Assembly (NCBI GenBank): GCA_951406725.2
Contig: OX597814.1
Location: forward strand, 131,440,001-131,504,000
DNA length: 64,000 bases
Direction: 5' to 3'
Source of the DNA: Octopus vulgaris
Lineage: Eukaryota
Part shown: piece after piece, positions 1 through 12,192 of the stretch
Layout: each line of letters begins with the position of its first letter
Position numbering within the stretch: position 1 is the first letter of the stretch
Notes under the pieces: generated by a model
What the model saw: only the letters and a program-made list of their open reading frames with translations
Databases searched by the model: none
Told to the model about the DNA's origin: nothing
Translations under genes and position numbers: made by a program

Positions 1-363
1 CCGCCTTTAGTCAAGCAAATCGACCCCAGGACTTATTCTTTGTAAGCCTAGTACTTATTCTATCGACCTCTTTTACCAAACTGCTAAGTTATGGGGACGT
101 AAACACACCAGCATCAGTTGTCAAGCGATGTTGGGGGGACAAACACACACACACACACACACATATATGTATATACATATACATATATATACATATATAT
201 ACAACAGGCTTCTTTCAGTTTCTGTCTACCAAATCCACTCAAAAGGCTTTGGTCGGCCTGAGGCTGTAGTAGAAGATGCTTGCCCAAGGTGCCATGCAGT
301 GGGACTGAACCCGGAACCATGTGGTTGATGAGCAAGCTACTTACCACACAGCCACTCCTGCGC
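1..363 (-). mobile_element. SINE family A (tRNA-like head, CORE-like body, internal TA/TG microsatellite, CR1-type tail), tail cut by window edge
   Basis: Minus strand reads GGCGCAGGAGTGGCTGTGTGGTAAG...GGTTCCGGGTTCAGTCCC...CCTTGGGCAAG: A/B-box-like motifs plus a CORE-like motif. About 20 homologous copies or fragments occur in the window. Confidence 0.9.
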
Positions 364-739
364 CCATATGGATGTACATATACATAAATATTTATATGTA
401 CATATATGTATGTATATATTTATGCAAGTACATATCTATATTTATATGCATGTATATGTACACATACATATATATATGTGTATGTGTCCTTATATGTATA
501 TATACATACACATGTACATAAACACAGAGACACATACACATACTTGCATACAAGCACACATGTATGCTTATGCACACGCATAATACTAGTTCCGTGCCCC
601 CACCCCCGCCTCCAACATACACACACTTGCATAAATATCTGACACTTCTGCCCCGCCCCCTGTTGCCCTCCTTCGGTAGATATGTGAACATATATTATCA
701 AGATAAATAGATAGCTGGTAAGTGTATGAGGGCTGTGCT

Positions 740-857
740 TTACAACTTGTGGAATTCTCTTCTCCCCTGAGAAATTTTAGAAAGTGTTTTTGCTTTATTA
801 AAATCAACTCTTTGCTCAGCAATCTGGAAGATCTTGTAGACGATGCATTTGAAAGTC
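740..857 (-). CDS. Candidate last exon of an unknown minus-strand 3-exon ORF (TFKCIVYKIFQIAEQRVDFNKAKTLSKISQGRREFHKL*)
   Basis: Acceptor ttttatag|G at 859-858; open to TAA at 742-740; phase-compatible with exon 6945-6809. No recognisable homology. Confidence 0.25.
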
Positions 858-1077
858 CTATAAAATATATTTTTATGGGAGACTCCGTGTGTGTGTGTGT
901 GTGTGTATGTGTGTAGACATATATTTTTATATATATGAAAGATATTTCTGGATATATATTAAACAGCTATATATAGACATATATATGTATATGTAGAAGC
1001 ATGTATATATGTGTGTGTGTGTGTGTGTGCATGTGAGTTTGTGTGTATATATATATGTGTAATACTCTCTTTTTTTC

Positions 1078-1448
1078 TTTTACTCTTTTACTTGTTTCAG
1101 TCATGTGATTGTGGCTGTACTAGAGCACCGCCTTTAGTTGAGCAAATCGACCCCAGGACTTATTCTATCGTTCTCTTTTGCCAAACCGCTAAGTCACGGA
1201 GATGTAAACACACCAGCATTGGTCGTCAAGCAATGTTGGGGGGACAAACACCGACACACAAACACACACACATATATACATATATACGACGGGCTTCTTT
1301 CAGTTTCTGTCTACCAAATCCACTCACAAGGCTTTGGTCAGCCCAAGACTATAGTAGAAGACACTTGCCCTAGGTGCCACACAGTGGGAACCAACCTGGA
1401 ACCATGTGGTTGGTAAGCAAGCTATTTAGCACACAGCTGCTCTTACAC

Positions 1449-1450
<2 letters not shown>
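1078..1450 (-). mobile_element. SINE family A, near full length
   Basis: Collinear with the other copies from tail (cttttacttgtttcagtca) to head. Confidence 0.9.
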
Positions 1451-1503
<53 letters not shown>

Positions 1504-2644
1504 ATGTATATTTATATACATGTGTGTATATATATATGTTTATGTGTCACCATCATTGTCATATATCTGTCTATTTCCTTGTGTGTGTGTGTGAGAGAGA
1601 GAGTGGGGGGGGCACAATCTCAGAAGAGAAAGGACTGTTTGCAGTGGTTGGTGTCAGGATAGGGAGAAGGTAGATATCTTGGGGTAGTTAAAGGTAAAAA
1701 GAAAATCAAGTTGAGAGTGCTTGAGTGGAGGTGCCTCTGAAGAGAAGAAACTGGTGTCGCAATGGTAGAATTGTTAGTACTTCACTCAAAAAACTCAACC
1801 GCATTTCATCCATCATTAACCTTCTGAGTTCAAATTCCGCTGAAGTCCTGGGGCTATATACAACATCAGCTGTAAAAGCTTGTTGTATGTATGTGTGTAT
1901 GTCTGTTTTTGTGTTCTTATTTGTCCCTGTCTCCCATCTGCATCCTGTGACAACTGTTGTTGGTTTGTTTACATCCTTATAATTTAGCAGTCTTGCAAAA
2001 GAGATGACGAGAATTAAGTGACAAGGCAAAAAAAAAAAATAGGAACTGAAGCTGATTGTTCAAATAATTGCTTCAAGACGGTGTCCCAGCATGGCTGCTA
2101 TCCAATGACTTGTATCACAAAACCAGGTTTAGTCTAAGACTGGCTGGTTTGGTATGAAGAGGGCCAACATCAATTTCTAGCCTTTTTGGTGTCTCAAATG
2201 AAGTTAACTTGGTTATGAGTATTCAGGGCAGGTTTCTGGTCTGAGGACACTGGGATTTTCTCCTTCCCCTGCCATCGGCCTTGGAGACAGCAAAAGTCTA
2301 TGAGCAATGCTGTTTTTCCTTTGACCGTGTTAAGAAATTAATGAAATGAAGAAATACAGCTTTAGGAAATGAAAATAAGGTGTGATGGTCATGGTTGAAT
2401 GTTTTCATCATATATTGGGCTGATCAAAGCCGGCCTGGGGTTAAATAGCAAAAAAGTGACAGCAACAGTATTTCATCTGAAAAATGTAATCCAACTAACA
2501 CTTGAGATGGAAAATACAAAAAAGAAGCAGGAGAAAGGGAGAGAGAGGGGGGGGGGAGAATTTTGTGGGAGGATGGAAGACGGGAAAGCTTTGCTTAATT
2601 CCTGGTAATGTTTGGTTTATTATTCTTGTTAAGATCTATGTATC

Positions 2645-2676
<32 letters not shown>

Positions 2677-2993
2677 TATACCTCTGCAATACATGCACAC
2701 TTGTGTGCATGTGTATATGCATATATACAGAGGTGTACACACACACATTTTAACAATGGAGTCCCATCTGGTCCAAGCAAAACATTATGGCTCATATGCA
2801 ATGTATTACGTATGTATAAGCATACGTACTAACTAATAGTAATGTATGTAGCTACACTTCAGATGTGTGCGTCCACACCTAGCTTCTCTTCCCATTTCCA
2901 TTCATTCATCACATCTCGTTCATTCAGTCATTCACTCCTTCATTCATCTTTCTTACTTTCCTTCTTTTGTTTTCTTATTCGTTGCCTTTCCAG

Positions 2994-3011
2994 CACAAAG
3001 TCTATCAGCGG
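2994..3011 (+). CDS. Candidate 18-nt frame-preserving microexon of a + strand host gene
   Basis: 64-nt AG-free pyrimidine tract ending gttgcctttccag|CACAAAGTCTATCAGCGG|gtgaga; no stop in any frame. Confidence 0.45.
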
Positions 3012-3234
3012 GTGAGAGCTTTTAATTGACTCCATCAGAGCCTAGATTTTTAGCCTGCTGAGAAAATGAGTCAGTGTTTTCCATCATCTGCATTTTAGTG
3101 AGATAAAGGTTGGGCTTTGCAGTTGTATATGCATGCACACACAGCTGCACACGCACACATACACTCATACATAAAAATGTACATTCACTCATGCACATGT
3201 ACAAATATATACATACATGCAGACCACAAACACA

Positions 3235-3265
<31 letters not shown>

Positions 3266-3554
3266 ATACACATGCATATACACACATACACATAGATGTG
3301 GAAAGGCATGCACTTATAGACAAACACACAAAAATGAAACATTTACATTTGCATAAAAATCAATTTTCGTTATGGTCGTATAATTCATAGTATTGATGAG
3401 AGGCAAATCTACCCCTAGATAAGAAGTTGGTTAATTTTGACTGAAATTCCCAGGTGATCTGGCAGCTATTCTTGAAAGGATGTGATGTATAATATGGTGT
3501 TCTTGCTTAGAAATGCCACAGAACACCTGCAATGGATTTGAACTCAGGAATTAC

Positions 3555-3720
3555 GTCATCATTTTCATCATCATTATTGTTTTAATGTTCACTCTTTTTA
3601 TGCTTGTATGAGCCAGATGAAGCTTTTTGAAGCAGATTTTCTATGGCCAGATGCCCTTCCTGTTGCCGACTCTCCTGTTTACAAGTGAGGTAACATTTCC
3701 CCATTGTCGGACCATGTTTC
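3555..3720 (-). mobile_element. RTE-related SINE-like repeat with (GAT)n tail, degenerate
   Basis: Minus-strand GGAAGGGCATCTGGCCATAGAAA motif; homologous to 14210-14400 and 15567-15830. Confidence 0.6.
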
Positions 3721-3905
3721 TGAAGAATATTGGAAATGAATGATGCCTTCATGCAAGTAGTATGCTTTTGTTTCCAGTCTTCCATGAAAACATTGCTATA
3801 TTTGGAAATAGGTGAGGGTTGGCAACAAGAAGGGCATCTAATCATAAAAACTTCACCTCACCAAGCTTCATCAGACCTGTGCAAATATGGAAAAGTGGAC
3901 ATTAA

Positions 3906-4114
3906 CCCTTTCGTTACCAACCCGGCTGAAACCAGCTCTGGCTCTGAGTACAAATGTCTTGTTTCCATAAGTTTTGAATTAAACCTTAGTCACAGTTTAT
4001 GGTTCCTAGCACTAGCTTAATGATAACCAAGTTATTTTACTAAATTCTTTGTAATATTTAAAGTAATTGAAAGAAACAGAGGAGCATTTCAAAATAAATA
4101 CAGTAACGAAAGGG
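3906..4114. mobile_element. piggyBac-type MITE
   Basis: TTAA duplication at 3902-3905 and 4115-4118; 12-bp TIR CCCTTTCGTTAC/GTAACGAAAGGG; inserted in the tail of a + strand RTE-related SINE fragment starting near 3810. Confidence 0.85.
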
Positions 4115-4704
4115 TTAAAGCGGTGATGACATACAAGGTGGTGCTGAAAAGTTCCTGGCTGTAAAGAGGATCATGAAAGGCCTGTTTGAAAGCCCTTAGA
4201 ATGACATTAAGGATACATAACTCTGTGGAATGCTATTCAACCATTTACACAAAATGTCAACAGGCAAGTGATGGTGAAACACTGAATCTTCATTGTCAAA
4301 TGACGGAGATCCGTCATTCCATCAATCAATAGTATTATATAGCATTAGCTAATTCGAGAACATTAACGAGTAGAGATTTAGCTATGGAGAAGTATGATAT
4401 ATAACAATGTCAAATTGTGTGAAATGTGGAGTTAATTTTATTAATAATATCGTTAAATTAATTAATGAATGTGTTGCTGTTGTTCCCTTGCCAGAAGTTA
4501 ATTTGGTTTCCTAATGTTGTTATTAATGTTACTTGAAATTTTCTTTCTAATTAATCTGATTTCGGATTTAGCAGAATTAATTAATCTACTTCTAGGGTTA
4601 GAGGCAAAGTTCTCTTTATTGGCCCTTAAGTGTTATATACACACACTCTTTCTCTCTCTCTCATACACACACACACACTGACACAGTGATAGCTACCCCC
4701 CCCC

Positions 4705-4752
<48 letters not shown>

Positions 4753-4870
4753 GTATGTATGTGAAGGGGGTTTAGTTATCACTGTGTCAGTGTGTGTGTG
4801 TGTATGATATATATATATGTCCTTGTTTGTCCCCTCTGTGTTTAGCCCCTTGTGGGTAGTAAATAAATAA

Positions 4871-4936
<66 letters not shown>

Positions 4937-5514
4937 TCCACTATCACCACCACCACCACCATCATCATTTGCTTGTTTTATAGGTCGGATAACTTATCAC
5001 ACTGTGTACCGTTTTTCACACACAAGAAAGGAAACTAGTTCTCTTTGGTGTTATGTATGCCATACAGTTTAGAGTAGTTATATCTATCCTGCCACCTACA
5101 ACTGGAGAAGATGTCACATATAAGAGGAACTAAATAGTTATCCCCCCCCACACACACACACTTGTTCTTATTTGCAGTTACTACTCACCTATCCTTAGCC
5201 TATGGTTTAAATTTTTCTTAATTCCTAAATTACATCCCAACATAGGGAGCAAAACCATCATGCTGCCACAAAATTACAAGGGAAAGAAGTTCCTTGAATT
5301 GTTTCTGAATTCCTTTTACTTTTACCTCAGATAGGAAATGATAGAAGCATATGAGTTTTCCAAACTCAGGTTAGTAATTACAGCATAATTAAGTTCTCCT
5401 TTCTTAAGGTGTACATACTCTCTTACTCATTCAAAATATTTATAAAACTTTAAAAAAACAAAACAAAACAAAACAAAAAAAGTTGTACCAAGTTTCCCTC
5501 AAGCAATATGAGGT

Positions 5515-5660
5515 ACTCTTTTACTCTTTTACTTGTTTCAGTCATATGACTGTGGCCATGCTGGAGCACTGCCCTTAGTCGAGCAAATGCAAATCGACCC
5601 CAGGACTTATTCTTTGTAAGCCTTGTACTTATTCTAACGGTCTCTTTTGCTGAACTGCTT
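5515..5660 (-). mobile_element. SINE family A, 3' tail fragment
   Basis: Tail sequence ctcttttacttgtttcagtcatatgactgtggccatgctggagcac. Confidence 0.85.
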
Positions 5661-5954
5661 GCGAGACACTTAGCTGTGAAATTAAAGTCACCATTGGTTA
5701 TGTTTTCTGATTTCCCTGCAGGTTTTTGGGGAATAGTTTTCTGTTTCTTCTCAACACATGTAACTCGAGCAGCAGGGGCAATAGCTGCAGATGTAGCAAC
5801 TGCAGTAGAAATGACAATTGTAGCCAGTGGCAGCTGCACGGCCAATCTTAAGAGCTGCTTTTGCAGTCTCAGCTGGTGACCAGAATTACTTTTGTTAATA
5901 ATTTGGTCTGGATAGCAGACTGATGCTATTAATGTTTCACTTATTTTGTGATAT

Positions 5955-6192
5955 GAAGGCGCATGTCTCAGTGGTTAGAGGATTGAGCTAGTCATGAAGT
6001 AGTGAATTTGATTCCCCGACCAGGCTGTGTGTTGTTTACTTGAGCACGACACTTTATTTCTCATTGCTCCAGTCCACTCAGTTAGTTGTAGAAACGAGTT
6101 GCGACATCACTGGTGCCAAGCTGTATTGGTCTTTCCCTTGGGTAACATTGGTGGCACAGAAAGGGACGACTGGTATGCATGGGTGACTGGGT
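5955..6192 (+). mobile_element. SINE family B (tRNA head plus CORE domain), 3'-truncated
   Basis: GAAGGCGCATG...TGGTTAGAG head; CTTGAGCACGACACTTTATTTC...CCAGTCCACTCAG CORE-like block; homologous to 16448-16788. Confidence 0.75.
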
Positions 6193-6808
6193 ATCAAACT
6201 GAATCAGCATTGAATCAGTGGCAGCAAAATGGCTGTGGCCAAATGGTTTTGTCCATACCTGAGATCACTGCAGACACAGAATAGACACAGCACATCTGTG
6301 GGTCTAAGGATGAAGTGTGTTTGAAATTCATTGTGTGTACTGAAGGGAAAGTAATGAAGTAAAACAGAGAAACTTTTGTTTCAAATATACAACAGTTGAT
6401 TGCAAGACTAGCAGCTGAAATTTTGTCACAGATAAACTATTTGATTATGGATTGCAGATAGAAGATAGAGAGCATTGACTTTTTGTGATCATCTTGGTGT
6501 GGGATGGGAGGAAGTGTTGCAAAATAACAATAAGAAACAAGAAAAAAAAGTACTGAAGGGCAGACATAAACCCCATCATTTTTGATGGGTACCACACTGG
6601 TTATATGATACATACGCTCACATTCATATATACACACGTGATGAAGAAGTTCCAAACCATGTGGTATCAGGCTCAGTTCCATTCAGCAATTCCTTGGGCA
6701 AGTGTATTCTCCTAAGACCCATGATGACCCAAAGCCTTGTGAATGAATTTAGTAGCCAGAATGTATGTGTATGTATGTGGGTACATGTGTGAATCTCTTT
6801 GCATTTAC

Positions 6809-6945
6809 CCCAAAATTGCTGAGCTACAGTAGTGATGTTGCTCTCCCAACAAATCTGCTGGTTTGTCATTTTCGAAGATTTGTAGAATAAAGAGATTCCT
6901 TATTTTGAAAAAGAAAAAGGTGTTAGCAGCAAAAGTGGCACCCAG
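6809..6945 (-). CDS. Candidate internal exon (137 nt) of the unknown minus-strand ORF
   Basis: Acceptor ctgatgtttctttttattttacag|CTG and donor GG|gtaaat; only one frame is open across the whole exon (LGATFAANT...SSAILG). Confidence 0.3.
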
Positions 6946-6989
6946 CTGTAAAATAAAAAGAAACATCAGTAATGTAGTCGTCTTACCAA

Positions 6990-8064
6990 TGCTTGAATGG
7001 AAAAACAGTGAGCGATGTTCTGCAAGGCACTGTTTTGTGATCACCACTGTGCATAATGGCCCTCTCAGGTTTGCCCTAAGCCACACAGAGAGCCACGATC
7101 ACAAGTTATGCAGATGATACAAACATCTCACAGTTGATACAGAACCCTGAAGACACTATGCACATGCAATGTGAGTTGGATGAAATATACAAGTGGGCTG
7201 AGAAGAATAGTGTGCAGTTTAATGCTGTAAAGTTTCAAGCCTTGTGCTATCAGCATGCAAAACTAAATGCAATTCTAATTAAATACACTGGACCCGGAGG
7301 GATTGCAGTCCCAAAGACACCGTCAGTGTGAGACCTTGGAATTTACATGCGTAATGATGCAGCCTTCCATGTGCATGTTGCTAAGTTGGCAATGAATGCA
7401 AGCAGCTGACCAGATGGATTCTTGGAACATTTAGAACAAGAGATCGGGAAACACGATGGCCACTTTGACTATTGCTCCCAACCAGTGTAAAATTATTTGT
7501 AGAACTTGAGGCAATTCAACGATGCTACACGAAGAAGATAGCCTCTATGCAGCATATAAACTACTGGAAAAGACTCAAGATTAAGACCATTCCTTAGAGT
7601 GCAGGCGAGTAAGATATGCCATAATATACATCTGGAAGATCCTAGAGGGACTTGTCCCAAACTTTGGTGTCAAGAGTTATGGTAATGCTAGAACAGGGTG
7701 CCGCTGCATAGTGCCAAGGACCCTGAATTTGCCATCAATATATAGGACAAGATATTGCAACAGCCTGGGCTTTAGAGGACCTCAGCTCTTCAATATCCTC
7801 CCAAAGGACCTGTCAGACCTACATGGGATGGATGTAGATGTTTTCAAAACAAAACTGGACCTCTTACTGTCAAGTGTCCCAGATGAAACTACTTCACAGC
7901 AGGAAGTGCAGATGAGGGTAGTGGCATCAAACTCCCTCATGCACCAAATGTCAATTTCTAAAAAGAATTAATGAAGTAAACTTATGTAGCATCACCAAAT
8001 GGCAGTGCTCCTGCATGGCCACAGTTCATGAGCTGAACCTAGATAAAATCTAATCAATCAAATC
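6990..8064 (+). mobile_element. CR1-clade LINE, 5'-truncated decayed ORF2 (RT C-terminus) plus 3' UTR
   Basis: QGTVL motif near 7023, SYADDT (YADD at 7107-7118), KFQAL, DLGI, IYIWKILEGLVPN, GPQLFNILP...FKTKLD; several stops and frameshifts; stop at 7969-7971; (AATC)-like tail. Confidence 0.9.
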
Positions 8065-8172
8065 ATGTATATATGTGTGTGTGTGTGTGTTATATCACAA
8101 ACTTCATGAATTTAGTAAAAGAAATAGAGCTTGTCTTGTAAGAATTATTGTTTTTTTTAAAATATTCTTCAT

Positions 8173-8568
8173 AGATGCAGGAGTGGCTGTGTGGTAAGTA
8201 GTTTGCTTACCAACCACATGGTTCTGGGTTCAGTCCCACTGCGTAGTACCTTGGGCAAGTGTCTTCTACTATTGCCTCAGGCCGACCAAAGCCTTGTGAG
8301 TGGATTTAGTAGACGGAAACTGAAAGAAGACGGTCGTATATATGTATATATATGTATGTGTATATGTTTGTGTATGTGTGTCTGTTCCCCCAACATCGCT
8401 TGACAACTGATGCTGGTGTGTTTACATCCCCGTAACTTAGCGATTCAGCAAAAGAGGCCGATAGAATAATTACTAGGCTTACAAAGAATAAGTCCTGGGG
8501 TTGATTTGCTTGACTGAAAGGTGGTGCTCTAGCATGGCCACAGTCAAATGACTGAAACAAGTAAAGAG
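8173..8568 (+). mobile_element. SINE family A, full length
   Basis: Head GCAGGAGTGGCTGTGTGG through tail CAGTCAAATGACTGAAACAAGTAAAGAG. Confidence 0.9.
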
Positions 8569-8729
8569 AAATTAACTACTTCTATGACTTTTTTTTTTTC
8601 CTTAGTGGGAAATGGGGTGTGCTCATGGTTATTTTCAGGGTCTTTGTGATTGGTGGGAGGGAAAGAGAGAGAAACTTGTCTTCAAACGAGAGACAGCCTG
8701 ATTACATTTAACAGAACGGTCATCATAAT

Positions 8730-9087
8730 CTTTTTACTTGCTTCAGACCTTGAAGAATTTTAGTCAAACGAATCTACTGCCAGGACTTGTTTTTGTATTG
8801 CTTTCCTTTTTTTAAAGCCTGGTACTTATTCTACTGGTCTGTTTTGCTGAGCTGTAAAGATACGGGGACGTAAACATGACAACACCGGTTGTCAAGTATT
8901 GGGTGGGGGCAAACGCTCGCACACAAGCGACGGCCTTCATTTAGTTTCTATCTACCAAATCCACCCACAATGCTTTGCTCAGCCTGGAGCTAGAGTAGAA
9001 GACACCCAAGTTGCCATGCACTGGGACTGAACCTGGAACCATGTGGTTGGGAAGTAAACTTCTTAACCACACAACCACGCCCGTGCC
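8730..9087 (-). mobile_element. SINE family A, older diverged copy
   Basis: Collinear but diverged; tail-to-tail with 8173-8568. Confidence 0.8.
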
Positions 9088-9170
9088 TGTGTGTGAATGC
9101 GCATGCGCGCACACGTGTGTGAATGCGCATGCGCGCACACGTGTGTGAATGCGCATGCGCGCATACGTGT
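9088..9170. repeat. Three tandem 26-bp units, each containing TGCGCATGCGCG
   Basis: gaatgcgcatgcgcgc starts at 9095, 9121 and 9147. Confidence 0.9.
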
Positions 9171-9460
9171 GTGTATGTGTGTACACACACCTTGAAAGAC
9201 CAGATATTTAGCATTAAACCATGCAATGTATTAAGTCTATCTCTCATATAGGCCACTGCAGGATTTGAACTCCAGACCAGACTGCAAAGGGCTGGAACAA
9301 ACACCGTAAAGCACTACACCACGTCCGACACATTCAACAATTTCTCATGCCCACTTTCACGAAGTTGGCATCCCCCCCCCCCAAAAAAAAAGGATAAAAG
9401 GTAACAGTGACCTGGGTATGATTCGAACTCGGAAAGCAAGGAGCCATAATATATACATAC

Positions 9461-9520
9461 CCGTAAGGCGTCGCTGCCTTGTTTATACGGAGTAGTTTGC
9501 TTAAATCGCGTATTTTTCAT
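9461..9520 (-). CDS. Candidate first coding exon (MKNTRFKQTTPYKQGSDALR)
   Basis: ATG at 9520; donor CGG|gtatgt in phase 0; same frame as ORF 9314..9748. Confidence 0.25.
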
Positions 9521-9799
9521 TAAACGGAAACCTTCGACAGTCACACACACGCGCACACACACATTTATAAAATAGTGACAATCATAATAATAATAATAAC
9601 CCCCCCCCCCCTTCCCCAGCTCATCATATGTACGGTAGCGGATTGTTATTATTTTATTAAAGTACTTCAGCACTATCCCCTCGCTTGCCCCTACTGCGTG
9701 TAGGCAAGCATTCTTAAACGTTTCCTTAAGTCCCGCCATCATACCCACTCTGCTTGGTATTCATTCATTAGTTTGCCTTCTCATGTCGTTCATTAGTTT

Positions 9800-9900
9800 T
9801 CTATTGGCAAATGTCAGCCGGCTTGGTTCCTATGGCAACTGCTCTATCAAGAAAGCGGTCACCTGACCTGCACTCTGATAACAGGTCACTTCCGTGAACC
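9800..9900. promoter_or_regulatory. Candidate promoter: RFX X-box, CCAAT, ETS-like site and palindrome
   Basis: GTTCCTATGGCAAC at 9826-9839 fits GTYNCY-AT-RGNAAC; ATTGG at 9803-9807; GGTCACCTGACC at 9857-9868; CACTTCCG at 9887-9894; locally CpG-richer. Confidence 0.4.
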
Positions 9901-10292
9901 CACACAAACACGCACGAAACTCACGCACGCACGCACGCTCGTACGCATGCATGGACGAATGCATGCGCGCTGCTCCCGCTTTCTATCTCTCTCTCTCTCT
10001 CTCTGTCTCTTTCTTTCACACAAACATGCACTGGAGCTTGTGTATTTTTCTCTTGATCACATGAATGCATTTTAGCACACACACACACACACACACACAC
10101 ACAGGAGTCGCTTCATAAATGCTCTCTCCCTCCTCGTACAAATTACACCCTTCCAACTCCCTTTCTCATACATACATACATATAAACACACACAGACACA
10201 CTTTTCCCTGGATCACATGAATGGTTTGTAGTAGCTCAAATGCTGCACACATTCACACTGAAACATGCGTTATTTCATAAATACATGTCCCT

Positions 10293-10362
<70 letters not shown>

Positions 10363-10698
10363 GTTTCGTTTCGTTTTTTTCTTTCTTCTTTTTACACACT
10401 GTAACATGAATATGCATAAACAATAATAATATTCCAACGCCTAAACTCTCTCACTCGCACAGATGATACACCGACTCAGGGACACGTTATACACGCACAT
10501 ACTATTTATTAGCACTGCTGCTCTTTCATACACATACACATACATACATACACCTTTCTTTTTGCTTTCTTTTAATATGATGTTCATTTTCACACATGTT
10601 ATTTACACACATGAGCACAAACACACACACACACATTTATACGTCCCCTTGCATATTCGTTCTCCTTCTTTCAAAAGTACCTACACACATACACACGC

Positions 10699-10740
<42 letters not shown>

Positions 10741-11616
10741 ATAATGGTGTGTGCTAATGTTTATATATATATATGTATATATATACACTCGCGCGCGCGC
10801 AATGGTACTCAAATTATTGTACTGACTGTTTCTCTCATCATTTTACCCCCGTTTCTCTTCCCTCACATATGCACTCGTAAATAACACACATACACATGTA
10901 CCCACACACACACATACACACTCTCTCTCTCACCCCTTTTTAAGTCTTAACAGTTTCACACATAAACATTAGCACACACCCTTATTTCGTTCATCACACA
11001 CACACACACACACACACACACCCATCCATATAACATGTACTCTGAACATAAAAATCCTCATGCCCGCCGCTCCTACCACACTCGTTCTCTCTCTCTCTGT
11101 ATCTCCTACCCCTTACAACCACACACACACACATACTCTCTCTCTTTCCCCATTTCTCCTTCTTTCTCTACTTCCACTTTCCCCCTCATACCAATCTTCT
11201 ACACAGCCTTGCTTCCTCACCTCCTCCTTTCCCCCCACTCCCCCCGGGGAAGAAATTTCTCTGCTGTAACTACGATAACCCAATTCTTGTAAAACCTGCA
11301 GCGTTCGGCACTGGTTGGTTATACACACATATGATGGATGCCTTCTTTCTCCACATCCCTCCTTCCAAAAATCTCAAGTCCACACAACACCCCCTCTCCC
11401 CCTCTCTCTTTTTCTCTGTATCTCTCTCTCAATCTACCCTATTATACACTCTCTTTGGCAAATTCTTTCCATTTTCTTCATTGTTTCTCTTACTTTCACC
11501 ATTAGTTTCTTTCCTTTATTTTCTTCTTTATCACCACATTGTTTTCGTGCCTTTTCTCTTTCACCTTCTTCTTTTACAGGAATTCTTACCGTCATCTCAC
11601 TCTCTCTCTGTCACAT

Positions 11617-11651
11617 CTATCTATTTGTCTTTCTATCTATCTATCTATCTG

Positions 11652-11714
<63 letters not shown>

Positions 11715-11866
11715 GTCTATCTCTATCTATCTGTCTATCTCTATCTATCCATCCATCCATCTATCTATCTATCTATCTATCTGTCTATCTCTATCTATCT
11801 ATCTCTATCTATCTATCTCTATCTATCTATCTATCTGTCTATCTCTCTATCTATCTATCTATCTAC
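11617..11866. repeat. (TATC)n compound microsatellite
   Basis: Seen directly; explains ORFs 11315..12100, 11331..11903 and 11539..11940. Confidence 0.95.
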
Positions 11867-12154
11867 ACACACACAAACACAATCATCCTTCCAACTACTA
11901 TAGATTCTTACCATCCCACATTCGTATATCTTTCTCATAATCCTTCTGCCAACATTCAGTCTTGGCCCACCCCCATCCCCATCCCCAATCTCCATCTCCC
12001 TCACACACATACTAAATCTTACCTTGCCTGCCCTCACCACCTTCCACCTCATCACTGTTATTTCTGTGTTTTGTCCACCCCGAATCGTTTAAATTTCTAA
12101 ACCATATTTCACTACTCCATACATACTGTTTTACAAAGTTATTTACTTTATCTT

Positions 12155-12192
<38 letters not shown>

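Noticed and set aside
680-723. Strong + strand donor CTG|GTAAGT at 718
   Set aside because: The upstream exon candidate has stops in all three frames.
5676-5915. Ala/Thr-rich open frames on both strands with a + strand acceptor at 5721
   Set aside because: No recognisable product, no convincing donor, and strand ambiguous.
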